A DNA stretch of 64,000 nt from Candidatus Kerfeldbacteria bacterium. GTDB taxonomy: Bacteria; Patescibacteriota; Patescibacteriia; UBA10025; JAHIVO01. The notes under the pieces were generated by a model. That model was given only the letters and a program-made list of their open reading frames with translations, had not been told where the DNA came from and did no database searches. This document shows, in pieces, positions 9,263 through 17,644 of the stretch; within the stretch, counting starts at the first letter, position 1; each line of letters starts with the position of its first letter. The stretch is taken from the NCBI GenBank assembly GCA_047946875.1, contig CP181398.1, forward strand, positions 207,154 through 271,153, read 5' to 3'. Position numbers and translations under genes: made by a program.

Positions 9263-10396
9263 CTAGAATGGTAATTCGTTACCTGGATTATCTTCAGTCG
9301 GTGTACTAGATCTACCTTTATAATAACCAGTCGTTAGGATACCTATTACTACTAGTATCCATGGCCACCAGAGATATGTCTGAGCACAGAAATATCGGTA
9401 GTAAACTATTAAGCCAATGAAAGTTATTAGCAAAGGGAATATCCACCAGTTTGGTGATTTATGCTTTTTCTCGTAGATAAAATAGATTGCAAGAATCAAA
9501 GCGTAAATAATTAGTAGTGTAAATGTTAAACCGTGAGCGATGTTAATACATTCTTCATCTTCTTCTTTATTATTACCTTCTTCGTTATTATTTTCTTCTT
9601 CTTTATTACTTTCAAGAGTCATAAGTTCAGCTTTTTCAACATCTTCATTTAATGTTTCTTCGTTGATATCTTCATTTGTTTCAGTCAAATCTTCTTCTGT
9701 ATCTACGAGTTCTTCTTCATCTTCAGTTGGGATAATAGGGTCTGCTAGAAGAGTAATTGTATTTTTATGAACAATAATGCCAGGGGACATTTCAATATCT
9801 CCAATACTTGCTGTGACATATCCGATGCCTGCGCTATTTGCGGCTACCAAACCGCTAGTATTTACAGAAGTATAAACTCCGTCGGTAATCCATTTGAATT
9901 CAGCGTCAGTAACTGTATTTCCTGCTGCATCAAAAGCAACGGCAGTAAATTGTTGAGTACCTCCAATATTAATATTAGTAGGTTTATTGTTAGGAGTTAC
10001 GACTATTGAAGTTGCGATTCCTGCTTTTACATTAATTTGCCATACTTGATTGTCGTAGCCATTATTATCATCATTAGCTTCTACGACTATATTGTACATA
10101 CCAACAATATTTGGTTCCCAAGTTATAGTATTATCTACTAAAGTCACTCCTGTAGGTGAGTTTGTTAACTTGAAGCTAATATCATCATCATCACTATCTG
10201 TAGCTGTTAGCGAATACTGATAAGTTTGATCGGTCGTCACGACAAGTGTTGGATTTGATGTGATTACTGGTGCATGATTAATAGTTTGTGCACTAGTAAT
10301 ATTTGGTGTAAAAACCACCAATAAAATTGCAGTTAGACAGATGCTACTGTATATAAATGCCCTCCGCAAGGCTTTTTGCGTCATATTTGTGTACAT
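9263..10396 (-). CDS. cell-surface protein with Big_2 (bacterial Ig-like) domains, acidic linker and C-terminal TM anchor
   Basis: Signal peptide. Big_2-like SVNTSGLVAANSAGIGYVTASIGD. E/D/N-rich low-complexity linker. 3 C-terminal TM helices. Confidence 0.6.
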   Translation of the reverse strand: MYTNMTQKALRRAFIYSSICLTAILLVVFTPNITSAQTINHAPVITSNPTLVVTTDQTYQYSLTATDSDDDDISFKLTNSPTGVTLVDNTITWEPNIVGMYNIVVEANDDNNGYDNQVWQINVKAGIATSIVVTPNNKPTNINIGGTQQFTAVAFDAAGNTVTDAEFKWITDGVYTSVNTSGLVAANSAGIGYVTASIGDIEMSPGIIVHKNTITLLADPIIPTEDEEELVDTEEDLTETNEDINEETLNEDVEKAELMTLESNKEEENNNEEGNNKEEDEECINIAHGLTFTLLIIYALILAIYFIYEKKHKSPNWWIFPLLITFIGLIVYYRYFCAQTYLWWPWILVVIGILTTGYYKGRSSTPTEDNPGNELPF

Positions 10397-10498
10397 TGAT
10401 TAATTAGTTTAAAAATTATATAATTCCTTCATTTTATTAAAAAAAACTGATTTAGTCAAGGGTATTTAACTAAAAACCCCCCTAAATAATAGGAGGGC

Positions 10499-10507
10499 TG
10501 TGGATAA
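10499..10507 (-). promoter_or_regulatory. perfect DnaA-box-like 9-mer TTATCCACA (minus strand), about 100 bp upstream of the 9263-10396 gene
   Basis: Exact match to the DnaA box consensus. One of four co-oriented copies in promoter regions (see findings). Confidence 0.3.
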
Positions 10508-10599
10508 CTCAAATAAAATTATTTAAAAAATTAATGATTTGGTTTGTCCTGAATCTGCCTATCAACAGATAGGCGTAGTGAAGGAATCACGTCCGAAAT

Positions 10600-11568
10600 T
10601 TATATAATTTGGATTACTTTTGGCACTTGTTCTAAGAAGTGAGGGTGTAATAATATTGCAGTACCAGCGATTACTATTACAACAATTGACTGAATTATCA
10701 TATGAGGATGTTGAACTTTGATTTCTACAGCAATATTTATTAGTAGCATGATAACTAAGAACAATATTAATATTAAATAAAATTGCTGAGAATATTCAAT
10801 TAGCGTTGCTACAAATCCTTGAGATTTTTCACCTGCTAATTCTGCTGTACCTAATACATTAGCTGATAAGTCTGACTCAGGTATATTATTTTGTACTGGT
10901 AAAGTTTCTTCAGAGGCAAGCGGTTTTTCTTCTACTAGTGGTGGCTCTTGGTTTGTATTAGTAGGAGTTGTAGAAAGTGGAGTAGTAACTACTTCAACTT
11001 CAGTTTCACTAGATTGTTCAGGAGGAGCGACTACCACAATTGGTAATTCTATTGACCCACCGTCAATCCAGCCATTATTCTCGGAAACTAGGCCAAATGA
11101 TTCTTCAAATGTTCCTGCTTCACTTGGTGCTTCTAATATAAATTCAAATCTTCCTACTTCACCTGATCTAACAACTGATTGTGTTAGGATGGCAGGTCTA
11201 TAGTATTCAACCCAAGTTTCACTTTCAAATTCACTTTCTCGAGCAGTTGGGTTTGTTACATTTAGGGCGACAAAGTAATTACCACTGTTTGTCCAAGTAG
11301 CTGTACCGGTATTTTTGAAATCAACCCAGAAAGATATTTCTTCTAATGTTTTAATACCTAGGTCATTAGCACTTTGGTCAGTAAGTTCTGCCTTATAGTA
11401 AACAGGTTCTGGAGTAGGGGTTGGAGGGTTCAGGGACTGGTGTAGGTGTAGGTTCTGGAGTAGGGGTTGGTGCTGGATCAGGGACTGGTGTAGGTGTAGG
11501 TTCTGGAGTAGGGGTTGGAGTTGGTTCAGGGACAACAACTGGAGCAGGAGCTTCATAAGGAGTACCAA
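10600..11568 (-). CDS. C-terminal portion of a frameshifted CAP-domain surface protein (extracytoplasmic domain plus TM anchor)
   Basis: The frame switches within the PT-linker tandem repeat at 11393-11568. The N-terminal 50 aa of this ORF are an out-of-frame translation of the PT repeat. Confidence 0.5.
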   Translation of the reverse strand: MVLLMKLLLQLLSLNQLQPLLQNLHLHQSLIQHQPLLQNLHLHQSLNPPTPTPEPVYYKAELTDQSANDLGIKTLEEISFWVDFKNTGTATWTNSGNYFVALNVTNPTARESEFESETWVEYYRPAILTQSVVRSGEVGRFEFILEAPSEAGTFEESFGLVSENNGWIDGGSIELPIVVVAPPEQSSETEVEVVTTPLSTTPTNTNQEPPLVEEKPLASEETLPVQNNIPESDLSANVLGTAELAGEKSQGFVATLIEYSQQFYLILILFLVIMLLINIAVEIKVQHPHMIIQSIVVIVIAGTAILLHPHFLEQVPKVIQII

Positions 11569-12226
11569 AATGCTCTACTAGGATCATTGTTTCATGACCT
11601 TCTAATACACCTTCAATGACAGCTATTCCCATCTGAGTATATTTAGTATTCATTATATTTTTTTCATGGGTTGGACTATTCATAAAGGCGACATGAACAG
11701 AGGAAGCGCTGGAAAAATCCATTGCTAAATTTTCACCTGCAGCTGTGTAAGCATAGCCAGCTTCTTTAATAAAATACCACGGCTTTGTTCCGTCAGGAGC
11801 TGTGTGAGCAAAATAATCATTCTCAACCATATGCTGTGCTTTTAATAAAGCAGCTTGGTTTAATTGTGGACTAATAGTTAATGCAGCAACGCCAGCTTCT
11901 GCTCTAGATTGATTGGTTAGACTGAGTATTTCTGCTTCAGTGATTGTGGCGAATTGGCCAGGGGATGGGTATGATAAAAATAAAAAAGTAGTAACAAAAA
12001 CTTTTATACCAATAATGAAGTAAGTATAAATTCGTAGAGCAAGAGGTCTTAAAGCGTGAGGTTTATGACTATTACCTTTGTGAGGTATCAAAAAATGCTT
12101 AGCGTGTTTAGGAACACGTTTAGCATGATGAATCACCTTATGGCGAAGCTTCATTTTATTCTTTTGTTCTTCTTTTTTCTCTGTCATATAACTATAAGTT
12201 ATTATATCAGATACTAATTTCAACAA
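11393..12226 (-). CDS. CAP/SCP/PR-1 (YkwD-like) domain secreted protein, N-terminal portion with PT-rich linker
   Basis: N-terminal TM/signal. CAP motifs …LNQAALLKAQHMVENDYFAHT…GENLA…HVAFMNSPTHEKNIM…YTQMGIAV. Then (PEPTPTP)n. Confidence 0.65.
   Translation of the reverse strand: MLKLVSDIITYSYMTEKKEEQKNKMKLRHKVIHHAKRVPKHAKHFLIPHKGNSHKPHALRPLALRIYTYFIIGIKVFVTTFLFLSYPSPGQFATITEAEILSLTNQSRAEAGVAALTISPQLNQAALLKAQHMVENDYFAHTAPDGTKPWYFIKEAGYAYTAAGENLAMDFSSASSVHVAFMNSPTHEKNIMNTKYTQMGIAVIEGVLEGHETMILVEHFGTPYEAPAPVVVPEPTPTPTPEPTPTPVPDPAPTPTPEPTPTPVPEPSNPYSRTCLL
11400..11540. repeat. 54-bp tandem repeat (about 2.5 copies) encoding a PEPTPTP linker
   Basis: Direct repeat ggttctggagtaggggttgg…tcagggactggtgtaggtgta seen twice in a row. 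Coincides with the frame change. Confidence 0.7.
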
Positions 12227-12396
12227 TCAAGTCTACCATTCTTATTCCGTTTTGTCAAGGGGGTAGGCAGACAGGTTATTTTGGTATTTTGACTACCCGA
12301 TCGCACCTTAGAAAAGGCGCTCTCAATCAAATTTTAATGGATATTCTATTGCTTATAAGAGCATGCTTTTAGCGTGCGACCCCAAAAAACAATAAC

Positions 12397-12428
12397 CAAA
12401 AACAGCCTCTTAGCAGAGGCTGTTTTTG
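12397..12428 (-). terminator. intrinsic terminator hairpin (cagcctct-tagc-agaggctg) flanked by A/T runs
   Basis: 8-bp GC-rich stem followed by a U-run on the minus-strand transcript, immediately after the 12445 stop. Confidence 0.65.
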
Positions 12429-12444
12429 TATTTAAAGTATTCTA

Positions 12445-13911
12445 TTACTTTTTAGCTACAGTTAGTTTCATTGCTACCCCGGAAAAGATTAATAATAATC
12501 CTGCTCCGATAAGATAAGCAAATGTCATAGTTGAGCCACCTGTTACTGGTAGTTCTTCACCAAGTACTACAACTGCTCTTAATTCTACATCAGCAGTATC
12601 AAATACATTAGCTACTCCTTGTGCCCATACTTCGGCAGTATTCCTATAAATACCTGGCTCATTGTCTTTCAAGATAATAACATCGTAAGTAGTAGTTACT
12701 GAGTTACCAGGAGCGATAATGCCTAGCATCCAAGTATGAGTAGGAGCTAATGTGTCTGTGAATTGCATACCAGCAGCAATATGATCTATTAATACTGTAT
12801 CAACTGCCATAGAGTCTCCATCGTTAGTTATTACGATAGTGTAGCTAATAGTATCACCTGGGTTAGCAAATTCAACGCTAGCAGTTTTATCTATAGTTAA
12901 TGAAGGTAATGCTTCTTCACCTAGGACAATAGGGATTAATACTTCTTCTGCTACTGCGGTTGTAGCATCATCTTTGACAGCGGTAAGTCCTACAGCTTCG
13001 ACAGATGCAATATTTGTATAGTCTCTTGTTACAGCATCATCTTCAATGATTACTACGTATTCAATGGTTTTTGATTTATCACGAAGAATTGTGTCTAATT
13101 TCCATTGTTTTGCAGTGGTGCCATCTAGTTGATAGATTAAGCCTTCTGGCAATATATCATCTACTTTTACATCAAAGGCTGTTTGGTCGCCAGTATTTTT
13201 AACAACGATTGTATAATTTAAAGTATCACCAGGGTTTGCTTCTGTAACATCTACACTTTTTTCAATAGTTAAGTCTGGACCATCAGGAATAGAACAAGTA
13301 TCAAGGCTAGCAAAAGAAATAGCTAACTGACCCCAGTCATCACATCCGCCCCAAATTTCATCTGTGGCACGAATTTCAATAGTAAGTACACCTTTCATAC
13401 TTTCATCAAGTGGGAACTTTGCGGTATACCATTCTTCTGTAGAGTCATTTTTATCTGTATACGAATCAATAGGCACTTTATTTATATAAACTTCAAAGCT
13501 GTCATCATTGCTTAAACCGTCAAGATGTCTAACGGTAAGTAATTTAGCACCGTTATCACCAGCGTCTAGAGTAAAGAAGGCTGATTTATCATTATTTTTA
13601 TCACATGTTTTTTCGATCACCATTCTGAAGTTTCCGTCATCACCATATCCATAACTAGAACCGCCACTATGGATTATAGGATCACTCCATCCATATCCTG
13701 ATAAAATATGCCCAATCTCACTGGTAGTATCACCGATGTTTACAGAATCGGTGTTTTGATGATAATCACCACCATTATCACAGGTTAGTGTTGATATGGA
13801 TTGTGCATTTGTTGCTTGTGGTGCCAATAAAATGGCACCAAAAAGTCCAAAAATAGCCACCATTATGACCAAGGTGGATTTCATTTTGAACCTATTCATT
13901 ACATTTTTCAT
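12445..13911 (-). CDS. secreted DUF11-repeat protein with C-terminal LPXTG cell-wall sorting signal
   Basis: Signal peptide. Three DUF11-type repeats (…TIEKSVDVTEANPGDTLNYTIVVKNTGD…). C-terminus LPVTGG, a hydrophobic stretch, then KK. Confidence 0.7.
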   Translation of the reverse strand: MKNVMNRFKMKSTLVIMVAIFGLFGAILLAPQATNAQSISTLTCDNGGDYHQNTDSVNIGDTTSEIGHILSGYGWSDPIIHSGGSSYGYGDDGNFRMVIEKTCDKNNDKSAFFTLDAGDNGAKLLTVRHLDGLSNDDSFEVYINKVPIDSYTDKNDSTEEWYTAKFPLDESMKGVLTIEIRATDEIWGGCDDWGQLAISFASLDTCSIPDGPDLTIEKSVDVTEANPGDTLNYTIVVKNTGDQTAFDVKVDDILPEGLIYQLDGTTAKQWKLDTILRDKSKTIEYVVIIEDDAVTRDYTNIASVEAVGLTAVKDDATTAVAEEVLIPIVLGEEALPSLTIDKTASVEFANPGDTISYTIVITNDGDSMAVDTVLIDHIAAGMQFTDTLAPTHTWMLGIIAPGNSVTTTYDVIILKDNEPGIYRNTAEVWAQGVANVFDTADVELRAVVVLGEELPVTGGSTMTFAYLIGAGLLLIFSGVAMKLTVAKK

Positions 13912-14064
13912 AGATTATATACTTAGTAAATTGTTAGGTTTTTTATTTTTTTTGATATATTTATGTGTGAATTATTATACCACTACTATCGAAAAGAGCC
14001 AACCTTATTTGCTGAATGCTTAATATGTGGTCGGCTTTTCTTTATAGTAGTCTAAAAGTTAATT

Positions 14065-14730
14065 TTAGCTATTATTTTTTGTCTTTGCTATGGTTAGTCT
14101 GAGCACTATAACTGTAACCGTTAGTAGTATTAAAGCTACAATAAATATCAGTAATAATTGTCCTCCTGTTACTGGTAATTCAACCCCTAAAACAATTGGT
14201 TTTTTTGTTTCTATTGGATATTTTATTTCAGTTTCATCACCAAGTATTTTAGGTAGTATATAACCAATTTGAATATTAAATATTGATGATTTTAGTTGAT
14301 AGGGGTTGCCAACGCTAGTTGGAAAATCAGCATTAATAGTTAAAGTTTTAGTTTCAGATTTTTGAATTTTAATTAAACTTATTTCACCTAAGTCTAATAG
14401 ATTTGCTAAACTCTTTGGATCTGAAGAGCCACCATAAATTATATTTCCATTTTCAAAAATTTCAAATAGTATTTGATCATCTAAATCGAAGGTTGAAGTA
14501 CCGATGAATTTAATGCCGATAGTTTTTTCTTCTGTGGAGTTATTAGTAACTGTGATGGTCTCACTGGCCGTGTCTCCTGGCACGATACCTGTTTCAAAAA
14601 ACAGTGGATCGTGAGAAAATACAACGTCGAGGTCTCCGAGCTCAGCTTTGGCAGTTTGAGGGACAAAAATAAGAATAGCAATAATTATTATGCTTATTTG
14701 AAATATTTTTTTGTATAAAGTGTTTTTCAT
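14065..14730 (-). CDS. small secreted LPXTG-anchored protein (candidate fibre anchor, TapA-analogous by position)
   Basis: Signal peptide …QTAKA-ELGD. C-terminal LPVTGG plus TM plus basic tail. Lies directly downstream of the sipW-like gene. Confidence 0.5.
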   Translation of the reverse strand: MKNTLYKKIFQISIIIIAILIFVPQTAKAELGDLDVVFSHDPLFFETGIVPGDTASETITVTNNSTEEKTIGIKFIGTSTFDLDDQILFEIFENGNIIYGGSSDPKSLANLLDLGEISLIKIQKSETKTLTINADFPTSVGNPYQLKSSIFNIQIGYILPKILGDETEIKYPIETKKPIVLGVELPVTGGQLLLIFIVALILLTVTVIVLRLTIAKTKNNS

Positions 14731-14734
14731 ATAA

Positions 14735-16012
14735 TTAATTTGCTGGACACAAGGTTACATTGGGTTCTCCAGGAGAAGGTTCACAATTTTCTACGAAGTC
14801 ACTTGGTTGGTCAGTATCATAACCAACTGGATCTCTAGAAAGTGAATTTCCTTCAGCTACTCCAGGTACTGTTGGATTCCAAAGGTAGGTATTATTTATA
14901 TAACTCATTTGATCTACGATTTCGAACGTTTTATTTTTTAAGATAATGAAGTCACCAGCATTGTCGTATATTTGATAGATTGGAGGACCGCCTTCACCAA
15001 GTTCAATAATTTGAATATTTTCTAGATTTCCAAGATTAGTGAACCCCCAGTACTGAGTCCAGGTATTTGCACTTTTTGATAATAGAGCATAGCCATTGGC
15101 GGGTACATACTTATTTGCGCGGATCAAAAATATTGCTTCGTTATCAGTTAAGGTCCAATTTTTTAGGCTGATGTTAAAATCACAATTATTATAGATTTCA
15201 ACCCACTCATCCGGATTATTATTTTGTGGACCGTTTTGGTCGGGACCGTTCATATCTTCACCATCCAAGCCGTGTTCTTCATCAACGTCATAATATACTT
15301 CATTGATTACCAGACAGTCTGTTTCATCAATCCAGGCTCCAGATATCATAGTATTGTTTTTACTATTCTCAACATCTATAAAATAAGAGTTGGTGGCGAC
15401 GGTAGAAATGCCCAGGACACATAGTATTAAAATTATTATTTTTGTAATATTGACCTGTTCGGTTTTGACTGAGGTTTTTTTCTTTTTCTTTTGGATTTTC
15501 AACCATTCTTTTTTTAGTTTCTTTGATTCTTCCCAAATAATTATCGTGGCCGGAATGACGATCAAAATTATCAATCCTGGTAATGTTTTGGCGTAGCCTA
15601 TTGGGTAGCCGATATAGGGAATATGAAATAACATTTTGCCGATCACTGCAGTTTTTAGGACCGGTGCAGTATCAATATTTTCATTAGCATCACCTTTGGT
15701 TTGGAAGGTACTTTCGGTAATACTTTCAATACGATGAGTTGTAGTTTTTTTATTATTTGCTGAATCATTGAAGGTAATAACATCGCCAGTGCTGTATGTG
15801 TCAGCAGGAAGTACGACTGCCAAGCTACCCGTCTTTATATTTGGTTCCATAGATCCTGATTGCACAGTATATAATTTATACATACCTGGGATCGGTAAGA
15901 CAGAAAGTATAATAGCGATAAAAACGATTCCAAAAATGGAAATAACAATATTACGGAATAATTTTCCGGTTTTAATTTTTTTATTTAATTTTATTAGTTT
16001 GAATGATTTCAT
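14735..16012 (-). CDS. sipW: SipW-type (archaeal/ER-type) signal peptidase I fused to a C-terminal lamin-tail domain (LTD)
   Basis: Box B VQSGSMEPNIKTGS, box D TTHRI, box E KGDAN. A second TM follows. C-terminal LTD signature …VINEV…EWVEIYN…ISLKNWTLTDN…PANGYALL. Confidence 0.7.
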   Translation of the reverse strand: MKSFKLIKLNKKIKTGKLFRNIVISIFGIVFIAIILSVLPIPGMYKLYTVQSGSMEPNIKTGSLAVVLPADTYSTGDVITFNDSANNKKTTTHRIESITESTFQTKGDANENIDTAPVLKTAVIGKMLFHIPYIGYPIGYAKTLPGLIILIVIPATIIIWEESKKLKKEWLKIQKKKKKTSVKTEQVNITKIIILILCVLGISTVATNSYFIDVENSKNNTMISGAWIDETDCLVINEVYYDVDEEHGLDGEDMNGPDQNGPQNNNPDEWVEIYNNCDFNISLKNWTLTDNEAIFLIRANKYVPANGYALLSKSANTWTQYWGFTNLGNLENIQIIELGEGGPPIYQIYDNAGDFIILKNKTFEIVDQMSYINNTYLWNPTVPGVAEGNSLSRDPVGYDTDQPSDFVENCEPSPGEPNVTLCPAN

Positions 16013-16075
16013 AAAACCTTTATTCTCCCGCCCATTTTGAAGATTTGAGCGGGAGAGAAAAGCTTCAATTACTGT

Positions 16076-17242
16076 TTATAGATCAGTGTAGGTAATAAAA
16101 TTCATTTCCATTAAATACTCAGTAGGAGTCCATGGACTAAAGCTTGTACCAGAGGTAGGTACTACCCAGATTTTTGCACCGGATGCGATATTGGCATCTG
16201 CAGCTACTGGAAGACTCATACCTAATTCAACATTACCGTTTACATTTGCATATCCACTAGCATTAGGCATAAATGGAGTACCAATTGCAAAACCATTTGT
16301 GCTTGGCCATGGATCAGCATAATAATACAGTGTGTATTCTGTAGATGGATTTAAGCCCATTACTTCTAATGTGTAGTTAAAAGTATCATTAGAAGTAATA
16401 TAGGTTAGTTCGCCATTAGCATTACCAGTTGGTACCCAAGTACCGTCGTCCAGTTCTACTTTGTTTTCTAATTGCAATACAGTTCTTTCAGATGGGTTTG
16501 GTGCTGGGCAAGTGAATTCTTCATTATTTCTTGCTTGTTCAATATAGAACCAGATGTCAGCTGTTAACTGGTCTGTTTGTGAAGCATTGGTTACAGCGGA
16601 ACCGTTACATGATAGTTCGAAACCATCCATGTCAACAAACATGTCGCCATAGCACCAGTAGATTCCCATGTAAGTTGTCTCTCCACCAGGAAGCATTCCT
16701 AAAGGATACGATCTGCCGTTTAATACATCACTAGCCGGACCATAAGTATTTGAGAATAATGGTAGTTCATCATATTCCCAGATATTATCGCCATCATCAG
16801 CCCAAGCGAAGAAACTGATTTCTTCTGCTAATTCACCATTTCCAATTCCATCAGTTGTATCAACTTTTGCTTCTGGTTCGGTCAAGCCTAAATCATCGTT
16901 AGTCATGTGATCAATCATTAGACAACCATAAGCATCGTTGCTATCAACATGCAAGCTGATTGTATTTTCGCCGAAATCACCCGGTTTTACATCAGTGAAG
17001 TTGAAGAATTTTTCATAGGTGAGATCTGTGGCGTCCCAAGTACCACATTCTGCAGATGCGTCGCCGTTGTAGGTACATTCACTATCCACGGTTAGGTCGA
17101 TGGCGCCTGAGGTAAACTGGTTACCTTCAGAAACTTCTGTGTCGCTAAAGAAAGCGCTTGTACTTGCTACAGCAAATACCGCTACTAAAGCAATAGTACC
17201 CAAGCTAATGAGTACGCGTTTGTTCAAAAAGAATTTTTTCAT
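16076..17242 (-). CDS. TasA/camelysin (peptidase M73)-like secreted protein with SipW-cognate signal peptide
   Basis: N-terminus MKKFF…ALVAVFAVASTSAFFSDTEVSEGNQFTSGAIDL matches the SipW-dependent signal class (A-F-[FN]-[SN]-D … F-x-SG-x-[LI]-DL) as in B. subtilis TasA. Confidence 0.7.
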   Translation of the reverse strand: MKKFFLNKRVLISLGTIALVAVFAVASTSAFFSDTEVSEGNQFTSGAIDLTVDSECTYNGDASAECGTWDATDLTYEKFFNFTDVKPGDFGENTISLHVDSNDAYGCLMIDHMTNDDLGLTEPEAKVDTTDGIGNGELAEEISFFAWADDGDNIWEYDELPLFSNTYGPASDVLNGRSYPLGMLPGGETTYMGIYWCYGDMFVDMDGFELSCNGSAVTNASQTDQLTADIWFYIEQARNNEEFTCPAPNPSERTVLQLENKVELDDGTWVPTGNANGELTYITSNDTFNYTLEVMGLNPSTEYTLYYYADPWPSTNGFAIGTPFMPNASGYANVNGNVELGMSLPVAADANIASGAKIWVVPTSGTSFSPWTPTEYLMEMNFITYTDL

Positions 17243-17348
17243 AATTTTTTTGATTATTAATTAATTTTTTAAATAGGTCTAACAATAAGTAGCCTACTTT
17301 TAAAACAGTTAGCCTCCCAAAAGAAGACTACTTAAACAAAAAGAACAG

Positions 17349-17373
17349 TAATTTAATAAATTACTGTTAGTTC
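17349..17373. promoter_or_regulatory. perfect palindrome aacagtaattta|taaattactgtt upstream of the tasA-like gene (candidate operator)
   Basis: 12-bp half-sites, perfectly symmetric, about 110 bp upstream of the 17242 start codon on the minus strand. Confidence 0.35.
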
Positions 17374-17600
17374 GACCTTTTTTAAATAAAACACCCTGAT
17401 TTTGACAATGATTAATTGGCCAGAGTAGTTTATTTAAAAAAAGTGAATTTAGTCTATACATTGATATAATGTTGCTTTTAAGTATTAGTAAATAGCACTT
17501 CCTCCTAAAGATGTGTTATTGCTGGTATTTTTTTATTTTTTATATTCTTTAACATTATAAGTATTAAGGTAACATCGGTCAAGTTGATAACTCTCACCCT

Positions 17601-17631
17601 AAAAAGCAGGTCCGTAAGGACCTGCTTTTTG
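17601..17631 (-). terminator. intrinsic terminator (gcaggtcc-gtaa-ggacctgc) with flanking A/T runs
   Basis: 8-bp GC stem plus T-run, immediately after the stop of the giant gene. Confidence 0.7.
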
Positions 17632-17644
17632 TTATCAAAATGTG

